Below are positions 1-9,300 of a stretch of DNA of 64,000 bases, one piece after another. Origin of the DNA: Candidatus Pacearchaeota archaeon (GTDB lineage Archaea > Nanobdellota > Nanobdellia > Pacearchaeales > GW2011-AR1); NCBI GenBank assembly GCA_026002795.1, contig BPGA01000001.1:163220-227219 (forward strand). Reading direction: 5' to 3'. Numbering within the stretch: the stretch's first letter is position 1; the number at the start of each line of letters is the position of its first letter. A model generated the notes under the pieces. The model did not search any database. It saw only the letters and a program-made list of their open reading frames with translations, and was not told where the DNA came from. The position numbers were made by a program, and so were the translations under genes.

Positions 1-340
1 GCATGTGTTTATTATTCCATAATCTAATTTTTTCATTACTTTTTTCAAATGCTTTTCTAATTAATCTTGGAGTTATTTTTTTATAATCTTTTAAAAAATT
101 AATAAAAGTAGTGGTGAAAATATCTGCGACTATTTTTGCAGGACTTGGTCTAGGATATTTTAAGGAAAATTTTAATTCTCCAAAAAAAGTATTTCTATTA
201 GGAAGTTTTAACATAGGGTCTCTTGTTACTCCGTCTGCTACTGCGATTATTTTTCTTTCTTGATGAATTTTGTAAGAGTCTTCTATTGGATGTCTAAATA
301 AAATATGTTTCCAGTTTATTACTGTAAATCCGTTTATCAT
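1..340 (-). CDS. hypothetical protein, 5'-partial view (ORF runs off window start); N-term MINGFTVINWKHILFRHPIEDSYKIHQERKIIAVADGVTRDP
   Basis: Manual translation of minus strand from ATG (cat at 338-340) continues open to position 1; not in ORF track because no stop inside window. No confident family assignment. Confidence 0.35.
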   Translation of the reverse strand, partial: MINGFTVINWKHILFRHPIEDSYKIHQERKIIAVADGVTRDPMLKLPNRNTFFGELKFSLKYPRPSPAKIVADIFTTTFINFLKDYKKITPRLIRKAFEKSNEKIRLWNNKHM

Positions 341-430
341 AAAAAGAATTAAAATCTTTAATATAAATAAATTTTTATAATTATCTATACTGAAAATTAT
401 GAAGAAAATAGTCTTGTATATTACGAAGCC

Positions 431-440
431 TTTATAAATA
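431..440 (+). promoter_or_regulatory. TATA-box-like element (tttataaata) ~26 bp upstream of tbp ATG; suggests leaderless transcript
   Basis: Sequence tttataaata at 431-440, ATG at 461; archaeal TATA typically centred ~-26 from TSS. Confidence 0.4.
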
Positions 441-460
441 GAATTTTCTAAAATACTATT

Positions 461-1033
461 ATGGCTAAAAAATCTTTAAAAAAAGGAAGCGCATACCAAA
501 TTCAGAATATTGTTGCAACAACATCTCTAGAAAAACCCATTCCTCTAACAAAACTTGCAAGGACTCAGCCAAATACAGAATATAACCCAGAAACTTTTCC
601 TGGATTGGTTTTAAGAGTTAAAGAGCCAAAATCAGCTGTTCTTGTTTTTTCTTCTGGAAATCTAGTTTGTACTGGAACAAAATCTATAGCACAAGTTAAA
701 AGAGTTATTCAGGCAGTTATAAAACAATTAAGAAGAATAAACGTTAAGATAACAACAAAACCAAAAATAACAGTTCAGAACATTGTTGCTTCTGGAAACA
801 TAGATTTAAACTTAAATTTAAATTTTCTTGCTCTAGAAATGCAAAACACAGAATATGAACCAGAGCAGTTTCCAGGACTTGTTTATAAACTCAACGAACC
901 AAATGCAACTTTTTTATTGTTTAGCAACGGAAAACTTGTTTGCACTGGAACAAAAAATAAACAACAACTTGAAAACTCAATGGACCAACTTTTAAAGAAC
1001 ATTAAAGAAGCCTTAAAGAGCTACCAAAAATAA
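461..1033 (+). CDS. tbp: TATA-box binding protein (TBP)
   Basis: Two direct repeats of TBP fold: IQNIVATTSL...PGLVLRVKEPKSAVLVFSSGNLVCTG and VQNIVASGNIDL...PGLVYKLNEPNATFLLFSNGKLVCTG; ~190 aa typical for archaeal TBP. Confidence 0.92.
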   Translation: MAKKSLKKGSAYQIQNIVATTSLEKPIPLTKLARTQPNTEYNPETFPGLVLRVKEPKSAVLVFSSGNLVCTGTKSIAQVKRVIQAVIKQLRRINVKITTKPKITVQNIVASGNIDLNLNLNFLALEMQNTEYEPEQFPGLVYKLNEPNATFLLFSNGKLVCTGTKNKQQLENSMDQLLKNIKEALKSYQK

Positions 1034-1205
1034 AAAGTAGGTTTTAGTGGATTGGTTCTTAAATTTTACCTTGTTGGTTTAGTTTAATTAATTTAATGGG
1101 TTTATCATGTTTTTCTTTAGTTAATAATTTCAGCTCAAATTTTTGTCTATAAAACTTTCAGATAGTTACAATAAAATATAAAAATAAGATGCTTATTGCA
1201 ATAAA

Positions 1206-3248
1206 ATGGAAAAGCAGCTACAAGAACCAAAAATTAATCCTGAAGAGATTATTATAGAAGCAAAGAATTTTTTTGATTTATACAAGAAAGAAGTTGGAGA
1301 TTCTTTAAAAAAAGGTAAGAAAGTTATTTATGTGGATTTTATGAAATTAGTTGAATTCTCAAGTAAGCTTGCTGAAGATTTAATTTCAAGGCCAGAAGAG
1401 AGTTTAAGGCTTATAGAATTAGCTTTAGAAGAAATTGGTCTTGTTAAAAATGTTAGAGTTAGGCTTTATAATCTTCCAAAAACCCAGGAAATAAAAATAA
1501 GAAATATAAGATCAAAGAACATTAATGAGTTATTGTGTATTGAAGGAATTGTTAGGCAGGCAAGTGATGTAAGACCACAGGTTGTCAATGCTAAATTTGA
1601 GTGTCCTTCTTGTGGTACAATACTTTCTGTTCTTCAAATTGAAAAAAAATTTAGAGAGCCAACAAGATGTACTTGTGGTAGAAGAGCTGGTTTTAAGCTT
1701 ATAAGTAAAGAAATGGTTGATACGCAAAGAATTGTTATAGAAGAGGCTCCTGAAACTTTAACAGGTGGTGAACAACCAAAAAGAATAAATGTTTTTTTGA
1801 AAGAAGATCTTGTTGAGCCTAAAATGGAAGAAAAAACAACTCCTGGAAGTAGAGTTAAAGTTATAGGTATCTTAAAAGAAATACCAGTACCTTTACACTC
1901 TGGAGGTCTCTCAACAAGATTTGAAATTGCTATTGAAGCAAACAATATAATTCCTTTAGAGGAAACTTTTGAAGAACTGGACATTAGTGAAGAAGATGAA
2001 AAACAAATTCTTGAACTTTCTAAAGATCCACATATCCTTGATAAACTCACTAAAAGTATAATTCCTAGTGTTTATGGTTATGATGAAATAAAAAAATCAT
2101 TGGTTTTACAGCTTTTTGGTGGTGTTGAAAAAATCCATCCTGATGGTCAAAGGATAAGAGGAGATTTACATATTTTATTGGTCGGAGACCCGGGTGTTGC
2201 AAAATCAGCAATTTTAGGTTTTATGTCAAGAATCTCTCCAAAAGGAAGATATGTGGTAGGTAAATCTGCTTCTGGTGCAGGCCTTACAGCAACTGTTGTT
2301 AGAGATGAATATTTAAGAGGTTGGTCTTTAGAAGCAGGTGCAATGGTTTTAGCAAATAAAGGTCTTGTTTGTATTGACGAACTTGAGAAAATGGATCCTA
2401 GTGATAGAAGTGCTATGCATGAAGCAATGGAACAACAAACAATTACAATCAGCAAAGCAAATGTTCAAGCAACTTTAAGAGCAGAAACTTCTGTTTTAGC
2501 TGCTGCAAACCCTAAATTTGGAAGATTTGATCCTTATCAAACAATAGCAGAACAAATTGATCTTCCACCAACTTTAATAAATAGGTTTGATATAATTTTT
2601 CCTTTAAAAGATATGCCTGACAAAAAAAAAGATGAGCTTATTGCAGAACATGTTTTAAAATATCATCAAAAGCCAGAAGAAGGAATGATAATCAGTAAAG
2701 AATTGTTTAGGAAGTATGTTGCTTATGCAAAACAGAAAATAAAACCAAAGCTTAGTGATGAAGCAATCCAAGAAATAAAGAATTTTTATGTTGAGTTAAG
2801 AAATATGCCTGTTTCTGTAGAAGGCATGATAAGACCAATTCCAATTTCTGCGAGACAACTTCAGGCTTTAATTAGGATGTCTGAGGCTTCTGCAAAAATG
2901 AGACTTAGTGAAATTGTAGAAGCTGAAGATGCAAGAAGAGCAATTGAAATAATGAAATATTATCTTGTACAGGTTGGTTATGATTATGAATCAAAAACTT
3001 TTGATATAGACAGGATAAGCTTAGGAAAAACAGCTTCTCAAAGAAATAAAATTTTTACTGTTTTACACACAATAATTGAATTGGAAAGTAAAATTGGAGA
3101 AATGATTCCTATAGAAGAATTAATTAAAGAATTAGAAGGAAAACTTGATGAAATTGAAATTGAAAAAGCAATAGTAGAATTAAAAAAAGAAGGAGAAATT
3201 TATGAGCCAAGACACGGTTATATCTCAAGAGCTAAAGCAAGAATTTAA
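1206..3248 (+). CDS. mcm: MCM replicative helicase
   Basis: C4 zinc finger CPSCG...CTCG, Walker A LVGDPGVAKS, Walker B CIDELEKMD, arginine finger region SARQL, C-terminal winged helix; 680 aa. Confidence 0.95.
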   Translation: MEKQLQEPKINPEEIIIEAKNFFDLYKKEVGDSLKKGKKVIYVDFMKLVEFSSKLAEDLISRPEESLRLIELALEEIGLVKNVRVRLYNLPKTQEIKIRNIRSKNINELLCIEGIVRQASDVRPQVVNAKFECPSCGTILSVLQIEKKFREPTRCTCGRRAGFKLISKEMVDTQRIVIEEAPETLTGGEQPKRINVFLKEDLVEPKMEEKTTPGSRVKVIGILKEIPVPLHSGGLSTRFEIAIEANNIIPLEETFEELDISEEDEKQILELSKDPHILDKLTKSIIPSVYGYDEIKKSLVLQLFGGVEKIHPDGQRIRGDLHILLVGDPGVAKSAILGFMSRISPKGRYVVGKSASGAGLTATVVRDEYLRGWSLEAGAMVLANKGLVCIDELEKMDPSDRSAMHEAMEQQTITISKANVQATLRAETSVLAAANPKFGRFDPYQTIAEQIDLPPTLINRFDIIFPLKDMPDKKKDELIAEHVLKYHQKPEEGMIISKELFRKYVAYAKQKIKPKLSDEAIQEIKNFYVELRNMPVSVEGMIRPIPISARQLQALIRMSEASAKMRLSEIVEAEDARRAIEIMKYYLVQVGYDYESKTFDIDRISLGKTASQRNKIFTVLHTIIELESKIGEMIPIEELIKELEGKLDEIEIEKAIVELKKEGEIYEPRHGYISRAKARI

Positions 3249-3316
3249 GTTAAACAAAAAATTTAAGTTAAAAAATCAACTAGCCAAAATTAAATTTTAA
3301 AGTATATTTTTTAATA

Positions 3317-3934
3317 ATGGCAATAATTTCTGAAAAAAAAAGGCAAACAGCTTATAAACTAAGAATTGGTGATTTAGTTATTGGAAAACCTGTTCTGGAT
3401 GGTGACAGGTTTCTTTTTCTTGAATTGGGAGATAAAAAAATTGTTAGAGTTAATATTGTGGGGGTTATTATTGAAAAATTCGAATCTGAATCTGATAGAA
3501 AATATCTTTTTATTAGTTTAGATGATGGATCTGGACAAATAAGAGTAAAGGTTTTTGGAGATGATGTTGATAAATTTAAAGATTTTAGCCAAGGAAATAC
3601 TGTTGTTGTAATTGGTGTTTTGAGGTATTGGAATGAAGAAATTTATATTTTACCTGAAATTATAAGAGAAATAAACCCAAAATATCTTTTATTAAGGAAA
3701 ATAGAGTTGGAAAAAACTTCTGTTGAAGTTCCAAAAGAAAAAATTTTTATTTTAAAAGATAAAATTTTAGAAACGATAAAAAATTCTGAAGAACAAAACG
3801 GAATTGATTTAGAAAAGTTAATGGAAAATTTTTCTGATTTTCCAGAGGATATCTTAAATAAAGAAATTCAAAAACTTATAGAAGAAGGAATTATTTTTGA
3901 GCCAAGGCCAGGAAAATTAAGATGGCTTGGTTAA
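3317..3934 (+). CDS. OB-fold plus C-terminal winged-helix protein, RPA32-like ssDNA-binding candidate
   Basis: N-terminal OB-like beta region (VIGKPVLDGDRFLFLELGDKKIVRVNIVGVI...IRVKVFGDD); C-terminal EEGIIFEPRPGKLRWLG resembles the MCM C-terminal WH (EGEIYEPRHGYI). Sits immediately downstream of mcm. Confidence 0.45.
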   Translation: MAIISEKKRQTAYKLRIGDLVIGKPVLDGDRFLFLELGDKKIVRVNIVGVIIEKFESESDRKYLFISLDDGSGQIRVKVFGDDVDKFKDFSQGNTVVVIGVLRYWNEEIYILPEIIREINPKYLLLRKIELEKTSVEVPKEKIFILKDKILETIKNSEEQNGIDLEKLMENFSDFPEDILNKEIQKLIEEGIIFEPRPGKLRWLG

Positions 3935-3972
3935 GGCTAGCTAAGTAATTAAAGTAATTAAAAAGTTAGTAT

Positions 3973-4572
3973 TTATTTTCTAAATTTTATTTTACGCGGT
4001 ATTTTCTTGTTAATTTTTTTATTAAAGTAATATGCTAAAGAAATTAATAAAATAAGTCCTAACAACGAAATAAAAAATCTTATTATGTTTTCAGTATAAG
4101 GCCAGTAAGCACCTGAGCCATAAATTAGTGTTCCTAAACCTCCTGCCATTAAACCCGCTCCAACAGATTCTAATTTAAAAAAATAAGACCCAAAAATTAA
4201 GAGAATTATTCCTAGAGGTATAGCAACAAAAAATACATTTCTAGATCTAGTTTTTAAAGCAAAATCATATCTCTCAGAACATTTTAAATTGTAAAGCTCT
4301 AATTCGCATTCTGAAAGTGTAGAGAATGTTGTTATGTTATCTGGTCCGCAACCAGAACCACACTCTTCATACCGACAACTTCCTCTTGAGATTTTATACA
4401 TTGGAACACAAACAGCTGGACAAATTTCTCTTTCTAGGCTTCTTGGTTCTGGATAAGAGCTACAAAAATCAGTATATTGTGGCTTTGGAAAAATAGAATT
4501 TATTAAATAAAAGCTAACAAAAATTGTTAGTATTGCTATTGCAGCACCTAAAAAAATTTCTTTAATTTTCAT
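3973..4572 (-). CDS. Cys-rich membrane protein, hypothetical
   Basis: N-terminal TM helix, 12 Cys in a central segment (CSSYPEPRSLEREICPAVCVP...CRYEECGSGCGPD), two C-terminal TM helices and basic tail. Confidence 0.5.
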   Translation of the reverse strand: MKIKEIFLGAAIAILTIFVSFYLINSIFPKPQYTDFCSSYPEPRSLEREICPAVCVPMYKISRGSCRYEECGSGCGPDNITTFSTLSECELELYNLKCSERYDFALKTRSRNVFFVAIPLGIILLIFGSYFFKLESVGAGLMAGGLGTLIYGSGAYWPYTENIIRFFISLLGLILLISLAYYFNKKINKKIPRKIKFRK

Positions 4573-4661
4573 TATAAGATTTATTTTTCTTTCATTTTAA
4601 AGCTTTTCATATTTAGTTTTATACTAGTAAGACTTATAAACAAAGTTAATACATTAAATTA

Positions 4662-5069
4662 ATGGAAAACTATGAAACTCTTTTAGAAGAGGCCTATAAA
4701 AAAATTAAAAGAATAGAAAATCAAAAAGATAGATTTGAAATTCCAAAAATAGAAGGCCATTTTGAAGGAAAAAAAACAGTATTAACAAATTTTTACCAAA
4801 TTGCATCATATTTAAGAAGAAATCCAGAACATTTTCAGAAGTTTATTTTAAAAGAGTTAGCTGCAGCTGGCCAGAAAGAAAATGATAGACTTGTTCTTAA
4901 TATTAGAGTTCCTAGCTCGAAAATAAATCAAAAAATTGAGGAGTATGTAAGAGAGTATGTTATATGTAAAGAGTGTAAAAAACCAGATACAGAACTTTTG
5001 AGAGATTCACACGTAAGAGTAAGCTATCTAAAATGTCTTGCGTGTGGTGCTAAGCATCCTGTAAAATAA
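4662..5069 (+). CDS. eif2b: translation initiation factor 2 beta subunit (aIF2-beta)
   Basis: C-terminal C4 zinc ribbon CKECKKPDTEL...CLACGA and eIF2beta core (TVLTNFYQIASYLRRNPEHFQKFILKELA). Confidence 0.85.
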   Translation: MENYETLLEEAYKKIKRIENQKDRFEIPKIEGHFEGKKTVLTNFYQIASYLRRNPEHFQKFILKELAAAGQKENDRLVLNIRVPSSKINQKIEEYVREYVICKECKKPDTELLRDSHVRVSYLKCLACGAKHPVK

Positions 5070-5165
5070 TAGATTTAAACATAATAAAAAATTAGAATAA
5101 TTGCTTTTAAAAAATATAGAAGATTTTAAAAAGCAAAGTTTATAAATATAAAAAATAAATTAAGA

Positions 5166-5369
5166 TTGGAGGTAAGAATGGTTAAGGGTTATTGTGTTAA
5201 GTGCAAGGTTAAGGGAAGAGATATGAATTCTGCTGTTGTTACAAAAACAGCTCGTGGCGGTTACATGGTGCAAGGAAATTGCTCTGTTTGTGGAACAAAA
5301 ATGAGCGCTATGTTATCAAAAGATAATGCTGAAAAAGCTATTAAAGAAGGCGCTAAAAAGAGTTTTTAG
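5166..5369 (+). CDS. small zinc-ribbon protein (DUF5679-like)
   Basis: CxxC...CxxC pattern (CVKCKVKGR...CSVCGTKM); strong SD GGAGGT upstream of ATG. Confidence 0.45.
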   Translation: MEVRMVKGYCVKCKVKGRDMNSAVVTKTARGGYMVQGNCSVCGTKMSAMLSKDNAEKAIKEGAKKSF

Positions 5370-5391
5370 ACTTTAGTTTTTAGAGTAAAAA

Positions 5392-5688
5392 ATGTTTGTA
5401 AATATTATAAAGTCTTATAGAAATATTGTTGCTGTTTGTGATGAAGAACTTCTTGGAAAGTATTTTAGTGAGGGAAACTTTCAGCTCGAAGTTAAAGAAA
5501 GTTTTTTTTATGGAAATTCTTATTCAGAAGACGAAACAATTTTAATAATGAAAAAAATGTTTAAGGAGGATGCTACTTTTAATATTGTTGGAGAAAATTC
5601 TGTAAGAGCTGCAATTAAAGCAGAGATTATAAATGAGGATTGTATAAAAAGAATACAAAATATACCATTTGCTCTTGTTTTGTTATAA
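5392..5688 (+). CDS. DUF424 family archaeal protein
   Basis: IVAVCDEELLGKYFSEGNFQLEV motif typical of DUF424; ~100 aa. Confidence 0.6.
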   Translation: MFVNIIKSYRNIVAVCDEELLGKYFSEGNFQLEVKESFFYGNSYSEDETILIMKKMFKEDATFNIVGENSVRAAIKAEIINEDCIKRIQNIPFALVLL

Positions 5689-5758
5689 AATTTTTAGTGT
5701 TTTTCTAGCAAAGTTTAAATAACTTTTTAATTTAATAAGTTTTATTTTAAATATAAAA

Positions 5759-6079
5759 ATGAATAAAATGGAAGAAGAATCTGAAAAAGAAGAACAATTA
5801 AGAGTTAGACTTCCAAAAAATGAAGAGGTTATTGGTATTATAGAAGAAAGGCTTGGAGGAAATAAGATGCTTGTAAATTGCCTTGATGGAAAAATAAGAA
5901 ATTGCAGAGTTCCTGGAAGATTGAAGAGAGATTTGTGGTTGCGCCCTGGAGATGTTGTTATTGTAGAACTTTGGGAATTCGACAAAGATAGGGGTGATAT
6001 TGTTTTTAAATATAAGCCAACACATGTTGAATGGCTAAAGGAAAAGGGGTTTATTAAGAAAGATAGTTTTGAATTTTAA
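5759..6079 (+). CDS. eif1a: translation initiation factor 1A (aIF1A)
   Basis: S1-like OB core (VIGIIEERLGGNKMLVNCLDGKIRNCRVPGRLKRDLWLRPGDVVIVELWEFDKDRGDIVFKY). Confidence 0.88.
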   Translation: MNKMEEESEKEEQLRVRLPKNEEVIGIIEERLGGNKMLVNCLDGKIRNCRVPGRLKRDLWLRPGDVVIVELWEFDKDRGDIVFKYKPTHVEWLKEKGFIKKDSFEF

Positions 6080-6085
6080 TAAAAA

Positions 6086-6532
6086 ATGATAAAAGAAGTA
6101 ATTGCTTACTTTTTCAAAATTTTTAAAAAAAGAGTTGTTCTTGTTGGTGTTCCTGCAATAATAATTAATAAAGAAAGAAAAATTCTTTTAGGAAAAAGAA
6201 GCGGAGTTGTTTTTTATAATGGTTTTTGGGGTTTACCTGGTGGGGTTGTTGAATATAAAGAAACAATAGAAGAAGCTGCAAAAAGAGAGCTAAGAGAGGA
6301 GCTTGGAGTAGAAGTTAAAATTTTAAAATATGGAAAACCAAAAATGAATCTTCCAAATAAAGAATGTCCTTTACAAACATTGGATATACCTGTGTACTGT
6401 AAAATAATAAAAGGTAAACCAAAAGCAAAATCAGAAACATCTAAAATTTCTTGGTTTTCTCCTAAAGAAATAAAAAAATTAAAATTAGCATATTCACATA
6501 AAGAATTGCTAAAACAAGAAAAACTGATTTAA
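6086..6532 (+). CDS. NUDIX hydrolase
   Basis: Nudix box GLPGGVVEYKETIEEAAKRELREELGVEV. Confidence 0.85.
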   Translation: MIKEVIAYFFKIFKKRVVLVGVPAIIINKERKILLGKRSGVVFYNGFWGLPGGVVEYKETIEEAAKRELREELGVEVKILKYGKPKMNLPNKECPLQTLDIPVYCKIIKGKPKAKSETSKISWFSPKEIKKLKLAYSHKELLKQEKLI

Positions 6533-7087
6533 ATGGAAAAAATTTTTTTCGATAAAATTTCTAGAATTTTAAAAAATAGAAAGAGGTTGGAAGATAAACT
6601 AAAAGTTAAGATTGTGATACATGGTAATTACATATTAATAGAAGGAGAGCCTGAAAAAGAGTATATAGCAAAAAAAGTTTTAGATGCATTAAATTTTGGT
6701 TTTCCTCTTTCAGTTGCTTTTTTAATAAAAGACAAAGATTTTGAGTTTGAAGAATTAAACATAAAAGATTATACAAAAAGAAAAGATTTAAGTGTGGTAA
6801 GAGCAAGAATTATAGGAAAAAAAGGAAAAACATTTAGAACATTAAACCAGCTTACAAATTGTTTTTTTGAGATTAAAGGAAATAGGGTTGGAATTGTTGG
6901 AGAGCCTGAATACATAAAAAATGCTCAGAATTCGATAATTTCGCTTGTTAGAGGAGCAAAGCAAGCTAATGTTTATCATTTTTTAGAAAAGCATAGAGTT
7001 AAACCTGTTTTTGATTTTGGATTAAAAGAGATTAAAAAACCGAAACCGAAAAAGAAAAAAAGTTTTAAGAAATTTAATAGTGTGTGA
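6533..7087 (+). CDS. KH-domain RNA-binding protein (Dim2/Pno1-like)
   Basis: KH GXXG loop IIGKKGKTFRTL, second KH-like segment VGIVGEPEYIKNAQNSI; a Dim2 homolog is a known neighbour of aIF2beta in archaea. Confidence 0.6.
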   Translation: MEKIFFDKISRILKNRKRLEDKLKVKIVIHGNYILIEGEPEKEYIAKKVLDALNFGFPLSVAFLIKDKDFEFEELNIKDYTKRKDLSVVRARIIGKKGKTFRTLNQLTNCFFEIKGNRVGIVGEPEYIKNAQNSIISLVRGAKQANVYHFLEKHRVKPVFDFGLKEIKKPKPKKKKSFKKFNSV

Positions 7088-7146
7088 AGTTAATTTTAAA
7101 AAAGCTTTTTGTCTTAATTCTTTAAATTGTGTGGTTCGTACAAAAA

Positions 7147-7220
7147 GTCCCGGTAGCTCAGTTGGTTAGAGCGCACGGCTGTTAACCGTGAAGTCGGAGG
7201 TTCGAGTCCTCCCCGGGACG
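7147..7220 (+). tRNA. tRNA-Asn (anticodon GTT)
   Basis: Manual cloverleaf: acceptor GTCCCGG/CCGGGAC, D-arm GCTC-AGTTGGTTA-GAGC, anticodon stem CACGG/CCGTG with loop CTGTTAA, T-arm GGAGG-TTCGAGT-CCTCC, discriminator G; 74 nt. Confidence 0.85.
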
Positions 7221-7223
7221 CCT

Positions 7224-7988
7224 TTAAGAAAGTTTGTAAAAATTATCATAAACACCAACAAGAGAATCGTAACCAAAAATTTCTGCTTTTGCATTAAGAT
7301 ATAAAACTTTTAACAAAACATTTATAATGCCTTCTCTTTCATATCTTCTAACTGAAGTTATTAAAGGTCCGCAGCTTTCCAGTATCCCAAAATTAAATGG
7401 TGGGTTATGATTCACTGCTCTTTCAGCAATCTCTGAATCCTCTCCAAAAATTCCTTCTTTAAAACCATTTAGTGCAGTTATAGCATCTTTTTTAAAAAAC
7501 ATTCCTGATTGCATCTTCGGCTTTTTTGTTTTTTGTCTTTTTAAAAAAACTCTGTTCTCAATTGAAAAGATCATGTTGTAAATGGATTTTTTAAAGCCAT
7601 TACCAACAAAATCAGGAAAAAGAAAAGTGCCTGCAACATCTAAATTTCTTGAATTGAACTCAGACAAAGCCTTTGACAAAAAATAATCATTTTCCGGGTA
7701 TGTATCTGCATCAAGAAAAAATAATGTTTCATAAGAAGCTTTATTTGCTCCACTGTTTCTTGCTGTTGCTGGCCTTCCGCCTTCAACAACTTTACAGCGG
7801 TAGCGTTCAGCAATTAAAGCTGTTTTATCTGTTGTTTCTGGCGAAACTGAAACAATAATTTCCATTTTTGACAATCCTTTTTGTCTTTTTAAAGAATCTA
7901 AAGTTTTGGGAAGATAAGCTTCTTCATTTTTTGCAGGAATGATAATGCTAACTTCTTTATCAAAGCTCATTTTTAAAATACCTAACAC
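7224..7988 (-). CDS. family 2 glycosyltransferase
   Basis: GT2 signatures: SIIIPAKNEEAYLPKTLDSLKRQ, DxD region FFLDADT. Confidence 0.8.
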   Translation of the reverse strand: MLGILKMSFDKEVSIIIPAKNEEAYLPKTLDSLKRQKGLSKMEIIVSVSPETTDKTALIAERYRCKVVEGGRPATARNSGANKASYETLFFLDADTYPENDYFLSKALSEFNSRNLDVAGTFLFPDFVGNGFKKSIYNMIFSIENRVFLKRQKTKKPKMQSGMFFKKDAITALNGFKEGIFGEDSEIAERAVNHNPPFNFGILESCGPLITSVRRYEREGIINVLLKVLYLNAKAEIFGYDSLVGVYDNFYKLS

Positions 7989-8079
7989 TTATTTTAAAAT
8001 ATTTGTATTGTAGACATTTTTTAGTTTTTAAAATCATCTAAAGGTAATTATTAAAAAGGGTGTTTTAGAATAATAATTT

Positions 8080-9210
8080 ATGAAACAAAAAATAAAAAAA
8101 CAAGTAAAAAATTTAGGTAAAAATAAAAAAGTTGTTGTAGCAATGTCTGGTGGTGTAGATTCAAGTGTAGCAGCTTTATTAATGAAAAAAGCGGGTTATA
8201 ATGTTATTGGTGTTTTTATGAAAAACTGGTCTGACAAAAAGAATCTCGCTGTTTGTAATTGGAAAGAAGATAGAAAAGTTGCTATGAAAATTTCAGCTCA
8301 ATTAAAAATTCCTCTTTTAAGTTTTGATTTTGAAAAAGAGTATAGGAGAATTGTTGTTAATGAAATGTTTATGCTTTATAAAAAAGGAGTTACCCCAAAC
8401 CCAGATATAACTTGTAATGAAAAAGTAAAATTTCCACTTCTCTTAAAAATTGCAAAAAAATTAAGGGCTGATTTTATAGTTACAGGGCATTATGCAAGAA
8501 TTAAAAAAACTAAAAAAGGTTATAAACTATTGCGCGCAAAAGATGAATCAAAAGATCAGAGTTATTTTCTTTATAGACTTAAAAGAGAATGGTTACCAAA
8601 GATTTTATTTCCTATTGGTGATCTCAAAAAAACAGAAGTTAGGGAAATTGCTAAAAAAAATGGTTTTGAAAATTACAATAGAAAGTCAACAACAGGAATC
8701 TGTTTTATAGGAAAAGTTAATCTTAAACAGTTCTTACAAACAAGAATAAAACCAAAAAAAGGAAAAATTCTTGATCCTGAAGGCAAAATTATTGGATTTC
8801 ATGATGGTGTTTATTATTATACAATAGGACAAAGATTAGGACCAAGGCTTGGAATTTTAATTGAAAAAGGCAAAGAAAAAAAAAGGTGGTATGTTGCAAG
8901 AAAAAATGTTAAGAAAAATTTAATTATTGCTGCTCCAGAAGGACATCCTTTAAATTTAAAAAAAGAATTTTACTTGAAAAAATACTATTTTATTAACAAA
9001 AGTTTTTTTAGTGAATTGAAAAAAAAGAAAAAAGCTAATGTTTTATGTAGAATAAGGCAAGTTGGAGAGTTATTAGATTCTAAAGTTTTAATTGAAAGGA
9101 ATAAAATAAAAATTGTATTAAAAAAGCCAATAACAGGAATTTCTGATGGCCAAGCTGCTGTAATTTACAAAGGAAAAGAGGTTTTAGGTGGTGGTGTTAT
9201 AAGTTTTTAG
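8080..9210 (+). CDS. mnmA: tRNA 2-thiouridylase MnmA (bacterial-type)
   Basis: PP-loop VVVAMSGGVDSSVAA; TPNPDITCNEKVKF and HYARI motifs matching MnmA. Confidence 0.85.
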   Translation: MKQKIKKQVKNLGKNKKVVVAMSGGVDSSVAALLMKKAGYNVIGVFMKNWSDKKNLAVCNWKEDRKVAMKISAQLKIPLLSFDFEKEYRRIVVNEMFMLYKKGVTPNPDITCNEKVKFPLLLKIAKKLRADFIVTGHYARIKKTKKGYKLLRAKDESKDQSYFLYRLKREWLPKILFPIGDLKKTEVREIAKKNGFENYNRKSTTGICFIGKVNLKQFLQTRIKPKKGKILDPEGKIIGFHDGVYYYTIGQRLGPRLGILIEKGKEKKRWYVARKNVKKNLIIAAPEGHPLNLKKEFYLKKYYFINKSFFSELKKKKKANVLCRIRQVGELLDSKVLIERNKIKIVLKKPITGISDGQAAVIYKGKEVLGGGVISF

Positions 9211-9300
9211 TTTTAATAGCTAATAATTTTAAAATTAGAAGCTACTATAAAGTTATAACAAAATAGAAAAGTTTATAAACCCTTTATAACTTAAAAAATA

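Noticed and set aside
1530-2455. Three minus-strand ORFs (65, 138, 102 aa) inside mcm
   Set aside because: They are antisense to a very well-supported MCM reading frame and have low-complexity Ser/Ile/Leu-rich translations typical of AT-rich antisense frames.
5683-6025. Two minus-strand ORFs (100 and 75 aa) overlapping aIF1A
   Set aside because: They are antisense to the strongly conserved aIF1A frame and have low-complexity translations.
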